Assembly (NCBI RefSeq): GCF_018977255.1
Contig: NW_024704743.1
Coordinates: 47,866,001 to 47,930,000, forward strand
Direction of reading: 5' to 3'
DNA from: Callorhinchus milii
Lineage: Eukaryota
DNA length: 64,000 nucleotides
Below are positions 26,625 to 40,129 of the stretch, piece by piece. A model generated the notes under the pieces. It was not told the origin of the DNA, made no database searches, and saw nothing but the letters and a program-made list of their open reading frames with translations. A program made the translations under genes and the position numbers. Each line of letters begins with the position of its first letter. Position 1 is the first letter of the stretch.

Positions 26625-27797
26625 GTATGTATTTTTTAAAATAGGCCATTCTTTGTTCGATCCCCATTGGGTCACTGTCAATCTGATGAAGGACGGGAGA
26701 GACTTTGCTCACACTCAATGGTCTGTTGATGCCATTTTGGAACCCAGCAGCTATGAGGTGCTTGAGAGGAATCTCAAGGTGACTTCCTCCTCGGCATGTT
26801 GTTCTGTTCTTATCTATGAGGAAGCAGCTGAACTCAGCTTAGTGTCATCCTCCTTGCGCTTCATTCAACAAAGAACTCACCACGCGGTGCACTTCACATG
26901 TAATGGTATACATCACTCCAAGGCAGAGCAAAGGTGAGTCTTGTGGAAACCTGCTGGGTTTAGTGTGGATTTTTTCCCTGCTTTTCTCATTTCTTCATAA
27001 TGTGTGATATTTTGGCTGATAGGGACAATCTGACTTTGTCTGACTTACATATTGATTCACTTATTTGTGGGGAGGTGACAGGTTACTTGGCCCTCTCATG
27101 AGATTGCAGGGATGAGATCAGGAGCTTCCCATGTGGAGAGGTTGAAATTTGTACCACTGCTACCAAGTTGCTTTGGAATTCCAATGTGTTGCACCATTCC
27201 TCTCTCCAATAGGAAGAATCCCTAATGTATACATCTCCTTCATACACATTTAGAATTCAAATCCCAGATTCCTCAAAGCATTTGGTAGTTTTTCTTTTTT
27301 ATTTGCCCTTTCCCTGCCAGTTTTCCCCCATCCTCTCTTGAATGCACTAACTCAATAACAACAACAAATTGGTAGTTTACTAGGTCACAGAAGTAGGGAG
27401 GAGCAAGGCCTTGGAATGCTTTAAAAGTGATGACGAGGATCTTGAACAATCCTGAATTGAATGACCAATTTGGTGGTTTGTTATCCAGAATACTGGGAGT
27501 AACTCCCTTCTCTTTTGGAATAGTGCCATGCGATCTCCATTTGTGATCCTGGACAGTGAGCACTGATTGGTTATTTGTCCATGGGGAGGGGGAGCTTTAC
27601 AGCTGAACCCAGTCTTGCATTCCCCAATGTCCATATGTCAGCTCTCCAAACAGGACAACCAGTGAGCTGAAATGTTGTGTGCAATGTAAATAACAGATTA
27701 CACTTAATATAACATTGACCAGAACAAGGCCACAATGTAAGTTCTAAGCACAAAGGTTCAATAAAATGTTTAACTCTTTCCTTTTTCCTCTTTTCAG

Positions 27798-27956
27798 GAT
27801 TTGGGATTGGCACAAAACGCAGCCACAAACTCCAAAACTCCAGTTCTATTAGGATCCTTGTCTCATCAGATTTACCGGATGATGTGTGCAAAGGGTTATG
27901 CCCAGAAAGACTTTTCTTCAGTGTTCCAGCACCTGCGTGAGGAAGAGAATAATTAA
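27798..27956 (+). CDS. HIBADH: HIBADH terminal coding exon
   Basis: polypyrimidine tract then ttttcAG|GAT TTG GGA; DLGLAQNAATNSKTPVLLGSLSHQIYRMMCAKGYAQKDFSSVFQHLREEENN, stop TAA at 27954-27956. Confidence 0.97.
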   Translation, partial: DLGLAQNAATNSKTPVLLGSLSHQIYRMMCAKGYAQKDFSSVFQHLREEENN

Positions 27957-28453
27957 CCTAGGCTCATACCTTTTAGCTTCTTGAGATATTAGTGAGGGGA
28001 AAAGTGCAACATTTAACAGTGTTCAACAAACTTAATTTTTTCCTCCAAAAAGACAGGAGGATTTTATAGCCATAAATCCTGGTCACAGAAAGAGTCTACT
28101 TTCTAACCTGTATAGTTATGTACCCAGAAATCCCTGAATTTGGTGTGGGGTTAAGGCAATGCAAGTGTTTTGCTGAATTATGAACAAACTGTCAAGAGCG
28201 TTTTATATGAGAATTATGACTGTTACTGCATATTCCATTTATTTACTTTGTTATTGGGTAAAATGTGAATGGATAGAAAAATAGTTCTGTGTATTATCTT
28301 CCATTGAGTTTCATCGCCAACCACTCAGTCAAGAGCTTGTTATTCCACAGATCTTTTTTTCCTTGTTTTTCCTTTTGTTTTTTGTTTTGTTCTTCTAGGA
28401 TCAAATGTAACAGTTAAAATCTCACAATTTAGTGAAATGCAATTATAAATTGA

Positions 28454-28459
28454 AATAAA
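28454..28459 (+). terminator. Candidate HIBADH polyadenylation signal
   Basis: AATAAA about 500 nt after the stop codon, followed by GT/T-rich sequence; the cleavage site cannot be confirmed from sequence alone. Confidence 0.45.
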
Positions 28460-28974
28460 TTTCTATTAATGATGTACAAACTTGTGTCAGTCATCAGTGT
28501 TTTATTTGATCCAAATTTTAGAAGAACTGAGAATTGAGTGAAGAAAAATATTACATTGGGATTTCCCCATTGACTCAACAATGACTGCCAATCACTATAT
28601 ACTGACTCCTGCTGTAAAGTGTTGTGTTGGGTGAGGATGTGATCAATTGTGGATCTGATCACCAATGTGGTGGAATATCTTGCTAACCTTAGTGTTCAGC
28701 CTTGCAAATGAATGGCCACTTATGTAAGGATACTAGAGAGTGCCTTAAGCCTGAGAAACCAACTTCTAGAAATAAATAGTCAAATGCCTTCAGCAGATGG
28801 AGGTGGGGGGGATGCTAAATTTGGCGGACATTCAAAGTGGTTTGTTTGCATGCTGGTTAAGATGCTTGTTTTATCCATCAGTTAGCAGCCATGGATAGTA
28901 ATAAAGTGGGGTGGCAGGGAAGATCAATAGGCAATCAACCTGGGCTATGCTGCAAATCGTACATGCCAGATTCA

Positions 28975-29255
28975 GTAATATTAATAATAATAATAATAAT
29001 ATAATAATCCTTGCATTTGATATAGCGCTTTTCACGTCAGGAGGACGTCCCAAAGCGCTTCACAGAACACACTGTAAAGTGAATTGACTGTATATTTGTG
29101 GGCGAACGCGGCAGCCAATTGCGCACAGCAATGTCCCACAAACAGTCGTAGATTGAAAATGACCAATTTTTAATTATTGTTTTGGGTTTTTTGGAGGGAT
29201 TATTATTAGGCGTGTGGAGTAAGGAAACTTGCCCAAGGTTTCGCCCTGCCTGGAA
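28975..29255 (-). mobile_element. Young SINE lacking most of the tRNA head
   Basis: Reverse complement of the consensus body and tail. Confidence 0.9.
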
Positions 29256-30116
29256 GTTTATCAGGAGGTTATTATCAGGAGGTTGGAAATGTTTTCCTGC
29301 CAACACTTTCAACAACAACAATTTGCAGTTGTATAGCACCCTTCATGTAGGACAATGTTTTAGAACGCTTTACAGAGATAGTATTGGATGACAAACAAGG
29401 AAGGATACTTTGACCAATACTACTGTTGAATACTACTGTACTCTTTGATCTTGTTGATTGTACGTCCAACTTCACATCCTCTGGTTTGTCCTGCTTTGAC
29501 ATACTCAGTGAGTATTCAAGGTACCTTACATTCACATCCAAGTTTACTTGTTGGTTGATATGTATTCAAAAAACACTTGCGTATAATTGGCAGAAAGACT
29601 TTCACCTCATCGTTATAGCTGAATCATAACCCTTTTTTGGGAAATTAATACAGAATTGATAAATTGCTTCTGACTAATTCCCTGGAACAGAAATATGGAT
29701 ATACAAAATATACATAAAATATTTTGTTCAGGGATATATATAAAAGATTCTGTTCAGACTCATATTGTTACCAAACAAGTATCTGGCAAAAAGTTATAAT
29801 GGAGTTGAAACTGTGGCAATTACTCCCAATTTGTAAATCAAACTCTCTTGTTGATAAGTAGAAGTGCCAGGGACTCTGCCCAGATGTAATTTACCTCTGG
29901 AACAGAGTTCCTGCTGGTTACCATGACATTCCTTTGATTAATGGTAGGAAACATTATTTCCAAATTGCAGTTGCTATTTATGGATCCAGACCCTGAGTGT
30001 GAACTAGTGAGTTACAACTGCAGAGAACTTGCAATGTTCACTTTAATAAACAGATAGGACTGTCTCATCTGAAGGACAGCACTTTTTTTAGTCTGCTGGA
30101 TGTCTGACCCATGCAG

Positions 30117-31181
30117 AAAACTACAGTAATTAAGAACCTCTCACTAGTTTGATAAAGATCTAAAAACAGGATTTAACATTTAAGTTACAGTGAACAATAA
30201 ATAATGGGTTAAAATATTTTGCAATCGATAAAACTGAGAGTTCCATGTTTGCCACTTGCACGTGGAAATGTCCCTAAATCTGGAATAGAATGTGCCCTCT
30301 CCCTTGAGGGATGCATCTGCTTACCTAATTCTGGAGAGCATTAGTGCTGGTTGGCAAGAGTCAAGGTTTGGGTACCCCCGAGTGTTCAATGGGGTTTTGC
30401 TGGAGTTTAACTAGCTAAAACTGCATAGCTTGCCATTGAAAGAAATCTGTCAAGCTTTTCACTCCTTATCCAGCTAGGGCCAGATTACCTGTGGTGATTC
30501 CACTTCTAGGATTAAAAGGAACTGATTGGGAAAAATGCCTGTCTTCAGTGACTGGTCTGTCCCTCCACATACTGCCGATAGACTAGGCTTGCTGGTCTAT
30601 CATCAGCAGTGCCCTGGAATCCTGCGGACCCATCTTGCTCAGGAACCGAACTACCGAGACTATCACAGAGAGTTGATTCCATTTTGACATTCCCTTGACA
30701 AGCATATCACTTTGAAACCAGTTCAGTGTCAAGGAGACCATGCTTACTTCCCAAACTAAGGATCATCTCCCAACAATGCAGAACTCCCCCAAGAATGCAG
30801 AGCTCTCCCAAACCTCCCTGGAGTATCAATCTAGATGAGCTCAAATGATAATAATAAAGTTCCTGACATGGGGCTTGAACCCAGAACCTTCTGACCCAGA
30901 GGTGCGAGTGCTACTAACTGAACCAAAATTACACTTATACTTGGGGAACATGCTAGAATAAATTTCCTGTAATTGTATACCAATTAAAATAAAAGTCACA
31001 TATGTGATAGGCAAGGTAAATTACAGGGATGAATGAATTGAATGATGTATATATGCTCAGGCTTAAAACTACAGTAATTAAGAACCCCTCACTGGTTTGA
31101 TAAAGATCTAAAAACATGATTCAACATTTAAGTTATAGTGAACAATAAAATAATGGGTTAAAATATTTTGCAATCGATAAA
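30117..31181 (+). repeat. Direct repeat of about 116 bp (30117-30232 and 31065-31181)
   Basis: AAAACTACAGTAATTAAGAACC...TTTTGCAATCGATAAA; about 6 differences. Confidence 0.9.
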
Positions 31182-31624
31182 TCTATACATAAACATATTT
31201 ACTTCAATTTAATACAACACTAGCAAGTTTGTCCCACCAGAACTCTTTGGGGTTGGCTTGTTGGGTCAACAGGAGCAAGCAAGAAGAATATCTTCCCCTA
31301 GTGACTGGTCTGCTCCTCCAAGTGCTGCTAATGAGCCAGGAAGACCCAGTAAGCCACATGGTGTTAAATACCCGGGGCAAAATGTGCTATATTATTATTA
31401 CAAGGCCAGAAAATGCGATCATTTGACTTAAATTTGGGAATTTTCCACGTCCCCCTCCCCCTACCAACACACATACACACTTCTAAATAGATTCCCCCTG
31501 CAGACCATTCAGAATTCCTTCAGTGGGTGTTTGAATTCAGCGAGTGGATTTATTTTGATGTCTGGTTGCAAGAATTGATTTTTTAATTTCAAATCTTTAC
31601 ATTTCACATCATATTACGCCACCT

Positions 31625-31942
31625 GTGGAGTCCTGTAGCTCAGTGGTTAGGGCACTCGCTTTGCAAGTGAGAGACCTGAGTTCAATTCCAGGCAGGGCGA
31701 AACCTTGGGCGAGTTTCCTTACTCCACACGCCTAATAATAATCCCTCCAAAACAAAAAACAATAATAAATTGGTCATTTTCAATCTACGACTGTTTGTGG
31801 GATATTGCTGTGCGCAATTGGCTGCCGCGTTTGCCCACAAATATACAATCAATTCACTTTACAGTGTGTTCTGTGAAGCGCTTTGGGGCGTCCTCCCGAC
31901 GTGAAAAGCGCTATATAAAATGCAAGGATTATTATTATTATT
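31625..31942 (+). mobile_element. Full-length young SINE
   Basis: Same consensus as 52710-53039. Confidence 0.92.
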
Positions 31943-34163
31943 TTCTGATGAAGAAGCGTGAAATCCACATTGCGTTTGTCTGCTCTGCAAGCTAATTCCA
32001 AAAAAAGGCAGTTTAAATAGAGAATGACAACATTCCAATAAATTTCTTAAACTAATGGCATATGGTTCCTCTTACAGCTTGCCATAAATTAATATGGAAA
32101 ACTGCTTGTTCTGCAAAGCATTGAGTGTTTCCTTAGGATTTTACGTCTCCTAGGCTTCTAGTCATGGATTTCTATTGTGCATTTAAAAGCATTTTCAGGA
32201 AGCTAAAGGTTAATTGAAAACTCCAATCTGAGGCGAAGCTAATTCTGGCACTGGATAGGTTTGGTAACTGTCACTTGATGAAGATATTAAACAGCAGATG
32301 AACCTCCAAGTGGCACATGGGAGGGAAGTATTGGAGCTTAATTATTGAATTACTTGTGAAATCATTACATAGTAGCACTTTGTTCTTCATACAATTGGAA
32401 TTAATATTGCCACGTAGTGAAATTGATGCCATGTGGTTCTATCCCACTCTTTGTGGGGGACACCTAAATTGAACCAAAGCGTTAATACATTTTGGGGTAA
32501 AATATTTTACTATTATCCAATCAATCCTGACCTACTAAAAATATTTCAGTCATGGGTGCAAGTTGCCATTAATAAAGTTAACTCACAGGGACATCCAGTA
32601 ATACAATTGTGGAACACCTTCACTAATGGAAGTTTTATTGAGATTTCCTGAAACCTGACTGAATAGAAAATGAAGGAACGTTTGGAAGCAACCTATACTA
32701 TTTAGCATCTATGGTTTTGCTGCTATAAAAAATGTGCATCAGATGATAATGTGGATACACTGCTGAATAATTGTTTCTTTCAAAAGATAATTGATTATTC
32801 ATGCAAGAAACGTTTTGGAACAGTTGGTGCTTTAATGATTAAACGACCATCTGTTTCTCTTAACTTCTTGAAGATACTGATCCTCAAAATTACATCTTAA
32901 TGTACTCTTACAGTACATCATTCTGCTATTAAGTTTTAAACTGATAAACTTCTCTGTTAAATATACTGAAGAAATTGTCATTGGTCAATGTTACAATTGC
33001 ATTCTCTGTGAAGTAATCACATTAGAAACAAATGGAAAGTGCACTCAGATTTGCAACATAACGTCTAATCCAAATGGACGACTGAGGCTGAATGCAGACT
33101 ATGCCTTGATTAGTTCGAACAGCAGCTTCCATTGTAGCTCACATAGCACAGAGAATCCATGTTAACAGTTTGACTGTAGCGGAACTAATGCACATGTATA
33201 AAAGCCTGGGAAAGTTGGGTGCTTTTTGGTACGTCTTCAGCACTGTTCTTCCAGAAATTATTTTACAAACTCATAGACATAGGATGATTTATGTTCAATG
33301 GACATGCTGAACAAAATTCAAATTGTACACTATACAGCTCTAAATTACAGATTTCTTCTGCACGCTGATAGCTACATGTAGCAAATAGGGCAGCCACACA
33401 AGGTCCTACAAACAGCCATGAAGTGAATAAATAATCATTTATCTTTATTAGCCAGGATACTAGGAGAAACTAACAACTCTTTTTGAATAGTGTCACAGAA
33501 TCTGTAAATGTCCACCTGAGCAGGCAAGTGGGACTTCAGGTTAACATCTCAACTCTGAGAATGCAATATTGCATTGGAATGTCAGCTTAGAGTGCACAAG
33601 TTACTTTGTGACACAAATCCACAATTTTCTTGAGCTGGAGTGACACATAGAAAAAATAATTACTTCAGTTTTCAGATCTGAATCCAGTTGAATGGTGCAA
33701 TAATTATAGCTATTGTTTAAACTCATTATATTTCTGACTGCCAGTCGGAGTTTTAGAAATGCCTTCAGAAATGCGGAGTGTGGCATCTGTTGACATCCTT
33801 GGGAGATGGAAAACAGTGATCAAAGAACACAGGATGCGCTTCTATTTAAAAGTAACTTCAGTATATTGTGCATGCTGTTCTTCACACCAGCCTTCTCAGC
33901 AATGTGGTCAAAACCAAACTCATACTCTGAAAATTTATTATCTCAGTCACCAGATTATCTTTATCACAAAACATGGAATGGGATCCACTGTGGGTAATGG
34001 AACGGATGTGTCCTTCACAAAGCTTGAAGTGGAATATTTTTGATTGCAATGCAAGAATCAGTTTTGATTAGCTTAGTTCCGGTTGAACAACTTCATTTAA
34101 GTTGCCTCAAGTTTATAAGACAAGGTGAATGAATGCTTGTGCTGTAGTTTATTGAGAACATAT

Positions 34164-34360
34164 GGGGAGAAATTCCACTTGAGGCTAGATTTATTACTAT
34201 ATTTCTTAGCATTTCTGAGCATCCAGAATTTGGCAAATTTATTTTACGAATTTATTGAAAACCGACATCAAAGTTAAAACTATATAAGAATTTGCCAAGT
34301 TCTGGATGCTCTGAAATTCTCAGAAAATAGTAAATCTAGCCTCAAGTGGAATTTTTCTGC
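34164..34360. mobile_element. Foldback MITE-like element with about 70-bp inverted arms
   Basis: AAATTCCACTTGAGGCTAGATTTA..GAGCATCCAGAATTTGGCAAATT versus AATTTGCCAAGTTCTGGATGCTC..TAAATCTAGCCTCAAGTGGAATTT. Confidence 0.75.
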
Positions 34361-34399
34361 ATTAAGTCTGGAATGAAGTAAAGTGACTTCAAGCTGCTG

Positions 34400-34755
34400 T
34401 GAGTGAATACCTAAGTGGCCTAGTCTGGCACTGAGCTGTGCATATCTAGGAGGGTCTCAGGTTTGACCCCTGATTTATTCTGGCCTAGGTAATGTCAGGC
34501 AGATTTATTGGGGGAGGGGTATTCACAATTGCCCTCAGTTTTCTTGGGTTGGGAATGGAAAAATCATCCAGGCTTCCCATTCCTGATAGCTATCCAGTCA
34601 GTCCTGCTGGAAAGTGTCGAATGTGACATCTGATGATGGTAGAATCTGACAGCTCGTGTTCTGACAGTACTCACTGCTTAATATCATTTGATACATGATC
34701 ACTTGGTCAAAGCTGCTCGGCTGCTACCATGGAATTTCAGCAGGAGTCAGTGGCT
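34400..34755 (+). mobile_element. Ancient AmnSINE2-like SINE
   Basis: CACAATTGCCCTCAG..GGAAAAATCATCCAGGCTTCCCATTCCTGATAGCTATCCAGTCAGTCCTGCTGGAAAGTG. Confidence 0.6.
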
Positions 34756-35689
34756 ATTATTTTTTTGTGAACGTGGAAGAATTTGGGACTGTAGAATGCA
34801 CCGCTACCAAATCCTACCTTTACCCTACTTGAGGTTTACGAAGGCCTTCAATTGTAGAGACTGAACTTCTGTCCTGCCTATACTGCACTAACTCAGCACA
34901 AACCAGGAATCAAACTTTTAACCTGATTCAGTACAGTAGGTGTTGTCTTTACCCAATAAACCATCAGGGGGAGCCCGTGGAGTTTACTTTTATTTAAAGA
35001 CTGATCGTTGCTTGAAACTGAAAATCTACGCTTTTCAGGTCATTTTAGGCCTTGAATCACATGTCACTGATGTTACCTGCAGGTAACCTGATTTCTGTCA
35101 TGCTGACCCGCAGCAGCTTGGCTGTAACGTAACCTCCTACTGGGGCTGAGTCGGATCAAAGTCCCAAAGAGCCAGCATGACAAATATCCGATTATCTGCA
35201 GGAATCACTATTTGCAACTCGGAGTTGCAAATCTAAGTAATGAATACCACTTTTTCAACCCTGATGCTCAGACAAAAGAATAGCCAACCTCATTTTAGTC
35301 CTCTCTAAACAGCAACTCAAGCAACTGAGAGCAACCTAGGGAACACAACTCCCCGACTTTCCTTCTGTCCCAGTGGCTGGCCTCTACACAACACTCTGAC
35401 AGCCTGAGGAGGAGAACGCTGCAAGCCCACATCAGGGAACCCCTCCCTACCAGTTGCTGGGAGAGGCACATCAGCATACCATGGGCCGCAGCACAGGTCT
35501 ACCTTGGCATCTCAGCTGCTGAAGTTGGACCAACATCTGGTACTGAACACCATCTCCCACCCTTCAGATCAGATGAGCTCTTGTCTTTCCGCTGTAAAGT
35601 GTCTGGTATGTGGCCCCTTGTAGTGGAGCTGTCACTGCAACACCCCAAGTCAGTGTGTTTACATTCAGCAGATTTAAAGCATGCTCATG

Positions 35690-37900
35690 AAACAACAACT
35701 TGCATTTATATAGAGCCCTTTGCGGATGGAGGTTGAGGAGTTCAGACCCGCAGGAGAAAATACATTGACAGGAGCCAAAGTGTGTGGCTTCCAACTTGCT
35801 AACATTCAGCAGCAGGATATTTGTGCTCATCCAGGCCTTGATGTCCTTCAAGCAGGTTGACAGGACATCAGCGGACTGGGAGTCGCAACTGGAGGAGGAG
35901 AAGTAGATTTGGGTGTCATCCACATACAAGTGGAAGTTGACCCCCATGTCTGTGGATGACATCACTGAGAGGGAGCATATAGATGAGGAGGGGGGGGCCA
36001 AGGATAGAGCCTTGGGGTTCCCCGCAGGTGACCGGGCGGGGCGGGAGGAAAGATCATTTGCAAGGGATTTATGACTGGCAGTTTGTTAAGTAGGACTTGA
36101 ACTATGCGAGCATGGTTCCACTAAGGTTGATGAGGGAGGAGAGGCAGTAGAGGAGAATGGCGTGATCGACTGTGTTGAACTTGGCAGAGAGGTCCAGGAG
36201 AACAAGGAGGCAGAGGGAATCCTGGTCACAGAGAGAGGGGATGTCATTTGTTACTTTGACAAGCGCTGTGTCTGTGTCTTGGGCAGCGCGATAACCAGAC
36301 TGGAAGAGTTCGAGTAGGGAGTGGAAGGAAAGGTGTGAGCAAAGTTAATTTGCAAAACGACTCATTCCAAAACTTTGTCCAGGAAAGGCAGGTTAGAGAT
36401 GGGTCTGAAATTTGTGAGGTTGAAGGGATCGAGGGTAGGTTTTTCAAGGAGAGGAGTGACGGCATTTTTGAGGGAGAGTGGGACAGAGCTGAGGAGAGGG
36501 ACTAGTTGATTGTGTTAGCCAGCAGTGGGCAGAGAAGGGGGAGTTGAGTGACCAGAAGCTGGGTGGGGAGGGGATCGAGGCAACAGCTGGTGGGCTTCAT
36601 CTGGGGGATGGTGGGTGAAAGGGAGGAGGGAGAGATGTGGGTAAAGCAGTGTAGGATGGCGGCTGTGGTAGGAGAGGGTAATGAAGGAGAAAGGCGGTGG
36701 GGGGGGTTAGGCAACAATGGTGGGGAGGAGGAAGAGGCAGCCAGGCAGATGTTATTTATCACAGAGATAAAGAAGTCCAGGATCTCTTTGCATTTAGTAT
36801 TGGAAATGAGAATCGAGGGTGCTTGAGAAAGGGGAGTGGAGGAGGTGGTGAGTCATGGAGAACAGGATTTTAGAATTATTTTTGGCTTCGAGAATGACCT
36901 GTCAAGAGAAGGCATTTTTGACTTGGGAGAGGGAGCGCTGGTAGGTATGAAGATACTTGAGCCACAGCTATCGATGAACCGTGAGGCTAGTTTTGTGCCA
37001 TCTGCGCTCAAGCAACCAGGTTTGGGATTTGAGGGAGCGGAGATGACTGTTGTACCAAGGGGAGCAGGTAGGCTTGGATATTTTGTCTGGTTTTCAGGGG
37101 GACAAGGGAATTGAAAGTTGAGCAGAGGTGATTGTTTAACAGTTTGACGGCTGCGTCTGGATCACTGTGGGTGGAAGGCCAGAGAGTCAAAAGGTCCGAG
37201 GAAGAGAGCATTTGTGATGGAATCAGTGGGGAGCTTTTTCCATGGGCAGATAAAGATAGTGGATGGCTTGGAGGAGGGGAGGGTGATATAAGAGGAGAGA
37301 GAAATGAGGAAGTAGTCTGAGATGACCTTGTCTGTGATGGTCAGAGATATCTAGGCCATGGGTGATGCTGAGGTTGTTTTGACACATCCCAGAAAGGGAG
37401 AGAGATGCTGGACAGGGTGGTAAAGGAGGAGGACAGGGAAGAGGTGAGGAATAGAAATAAAAAGGAATACTTAGCCTGGAAGGTTTGAAAGATAGCAGGC
37501 AGAAGTGACATCACATGGGCTGTTTCAGCCGTTGGTCCAGGTGAGAGATTTTGAAATGGTGTCTCCGCACCTGGAACCTCCCCGCCTGGAACACCGAGCC
37601 CTTGGCCCCCGTGCCTCATCGGCTCACCCGAGGTCTCTGCTCTGGCCGCTCTGACTTCTCCGCTTGCTCCCGGAGTCCTCGCTGCTGCACTCGCCTCTCA
37701 CACTAACCTTGTTGATCCCACGCCGGAACAACTCGCTTGGTTTGCACCAAAGCTCCGAGATACCTCTCGCCCGCCTGCCTCGAATGGGCTCCTGTAAATT
37801 CTCTCCCCGGTCCTGCTCCTTCTCGACAATGTCTCCCGTTCCCGTAATTCTCGCCTGCTCACGTCTGCTCACTCGCCTGCTCACTACTCAGAAATACCCA
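35690..37900 (-). mobile_element. Degraded L2 LINE (RT and part of APE) with a CpG-rich 5' region
   Basis: Minus-strand fragments GVNFHLYVDDTQIY, KPTSCCLDPLPTQLL, LWPSTHSDP; several frameshifts. Confidence 0.85.
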
Positions 37901-39619
37901 CTAGCCCATCAGGAAAATTAAGTTTGCAATTTAAATTAACCGAGCAACTTTCACTTACATAGTGCCTTTAACAAAGAAGAACATCTCAAAGCATTATACA
38001 GAGACACGTATTGGGAGCTCAACGAGTGAGAGATGGGGAGAGACATGAGGTAAGTTAGAGGTAGCTTTTTAGGCGGGAGACAGAGATGGCAGGTGGGAGG
38101 TTGGAGGGATTTAGGGAGACAGTTCTAGAGAGCAGAAACAAAGTGGTTAAATGCTCACCCACCAATGGTTGAGGCAGAAAGAGTGGATCCTGACCAATTG
38201 CTTTCACTTCAGTGGAAGTTGAAACACTGCAAGCTAACTTCAGTAAAGTGGAGGCTTGGAGTTGGTGCCACTGAGATTAGCACCAGCATTTTAGTGCCAA
38301 GGCCACAGCACGGATGCAGCTGACACGATGTCCCAGCACGTATCTATCTGTGTCATAAAACAGCCCAGCCTCATGCACACTGGGGAGAAATTCTGCCTGG
38401 CTGTTAATTTACTCTCTTTATTTAACATTTCTGAGCGCCAAATTTTGAGAAGTTGTTGACTTAGTCTTAACTTTGAAATCAGTTTTCTGTAGTTCACAAA
38501 AGAATCCTTTCGTCATTTTTTCCCTTTCCACCCTGCTAAGCTCCTACCTGAGGCTTGGGTGCCCAACCAACATTGCCAAGTGCTTTGAGAAGTCCTCCCA
38601 ACATACAAGGTGCTGTATAAATATAAATTGTGTTGTGTTATATAAGTACTCTGAGACACCACCCTGTGTGAAGGGCGGCATATCAATGCAACTTTTTGTT
38701 GTTGTATTGCTATTTTGAACCCTCTGCTTTCTCTGTAGTTAGTACCTTTTGGTGAGGGGAAATATAACATTCTTGTGAAGAATCCAATCCAATAACAATT
38801 GGCTACTGTCCAATTTAATCCATTTCTGCGATCTGACAGTAGTGATTGGTTATGTGTAAAGCACAAGTACAGCAAAAATAAAAGTAACTCCACAATGGGC
38901 TCAGGCTACTTATTGGGTCAGTATAAATACTGAGCAATACTGCAGTCAGATATAGAATCAGTTCAGGTGATTTAAGCAAGGGTTATAAAATCACATTGGC
39001 TCTGAATTTTCAATGGCTTGTCTTAAGTCTAAATGCAGCACGTAAAAGTCTGAATTAAACAGGCTTCATTCACTTGCAATAAACACTCCCACATCCCAAG
39101 GTCAACTTAAATGTTCTTCAAAGCAAATGGATTTAAATGATACCCTGGTGTCTGCCTGGAATCTGCACTCACCTCCCGTGAGGTCAGGCCAGCACATGTG
39201 TCAGAACCAGACAGCTGTTAGAATATGTCCTGCTTGAGGATTGGAGGTAAGTGGAAATTCTGAGAGATCAAATTTAGTTTGGAGACAAAGTGTTAGGAGC
39301 TCACATGATCCACCTCTGAAAGGAGAACGAGGTAAAAAAAAGTGTCATTGTCAATAAAACTCCCCAAAGAATTATAAATGTTAAATCTTGGAGGCAGTGC
39401 GTCACTCTGACCCAAGGATTCCTTCACTGATGCACCCGGAAGGAGATCACAATTGAACATGTCCAGTTACTGGCAGGGATTCAATACTTACAAAATTATT
39501 TTTGAATCTTATTGTCAACGTTACATTTTCAATCCCAATATTAACATTCTGAGATCCAATAAGGGTCCCTAATTGTTATGTATGAGATATATTTCTGATC
39601 CATAAATAACATATGTAGA

Positions 39620-40030
39620 ATAATAATAATCCTTGCATGTCATATAGTACTTTTCAGGTCAGAAGGATTCCCCAAAGAACTTCACAGCATATAATATAGA
39701 TCAACTGTGTGTTTTGTGGGTGAACACCGCAGCCAATTTGTGCACAGCAATGTGACATATATAGCCATGGAGTGACTGACCAAATTTATTTGGGAGATTG
39801 TTGGGTAGGACACTGGGAGAAACTCTGTTTTCTTTTTGAATAGTGCCATAGGATCTTTAAGATTTATCTGAACAGGCAGACAGGGACGCAGTATAATGTA
39901 TCATCTGAAGGATGAAACCTCCAACAATGCAGCAGGTGCATCATCTTAGCCTATAAGGGTTCCAAGTCCTGATATGGGGCTTGAACCCATAACCTTTTGA
40001 CTTTGAGGGGAAAGTGCTACCAACTGAGAC
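39620..40030 (-). mobile_element. Older Deu-type SINE
   Basis: Reverse complement homologous to 48270-48665. Confidence 0.7.
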
Positions 40031-40129
40031 AGACTGACACAAAAAGATAGTATGTCTACAACTAGCTGCACCAATGGCATAAGGGATAAAGGCAGTCACT
40101 CCTCTCCAGTGTAGCACAAAAATCATGCA

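Noticed and set aside
26645..26939. Extra HIBADH exon ending at AAG|GTGAGT (about 26933)
   Set aside because: The nearest AG is only 20 nt after the exon 7 donor, the peptide has no recognisable homology, and exons 7 and 8 already join in frame
30117..31181. LTR retrotransposon bounded by the 116-bp repeats
   Set aside because: No TG..CA termini, primer-binding site, polypurine tract or coding remnant
31617..31630. CTCF-like motif CGCCACCTGTGG
   Set aside because: One base short of the consensus spacing and half of it is the SINE 5' end
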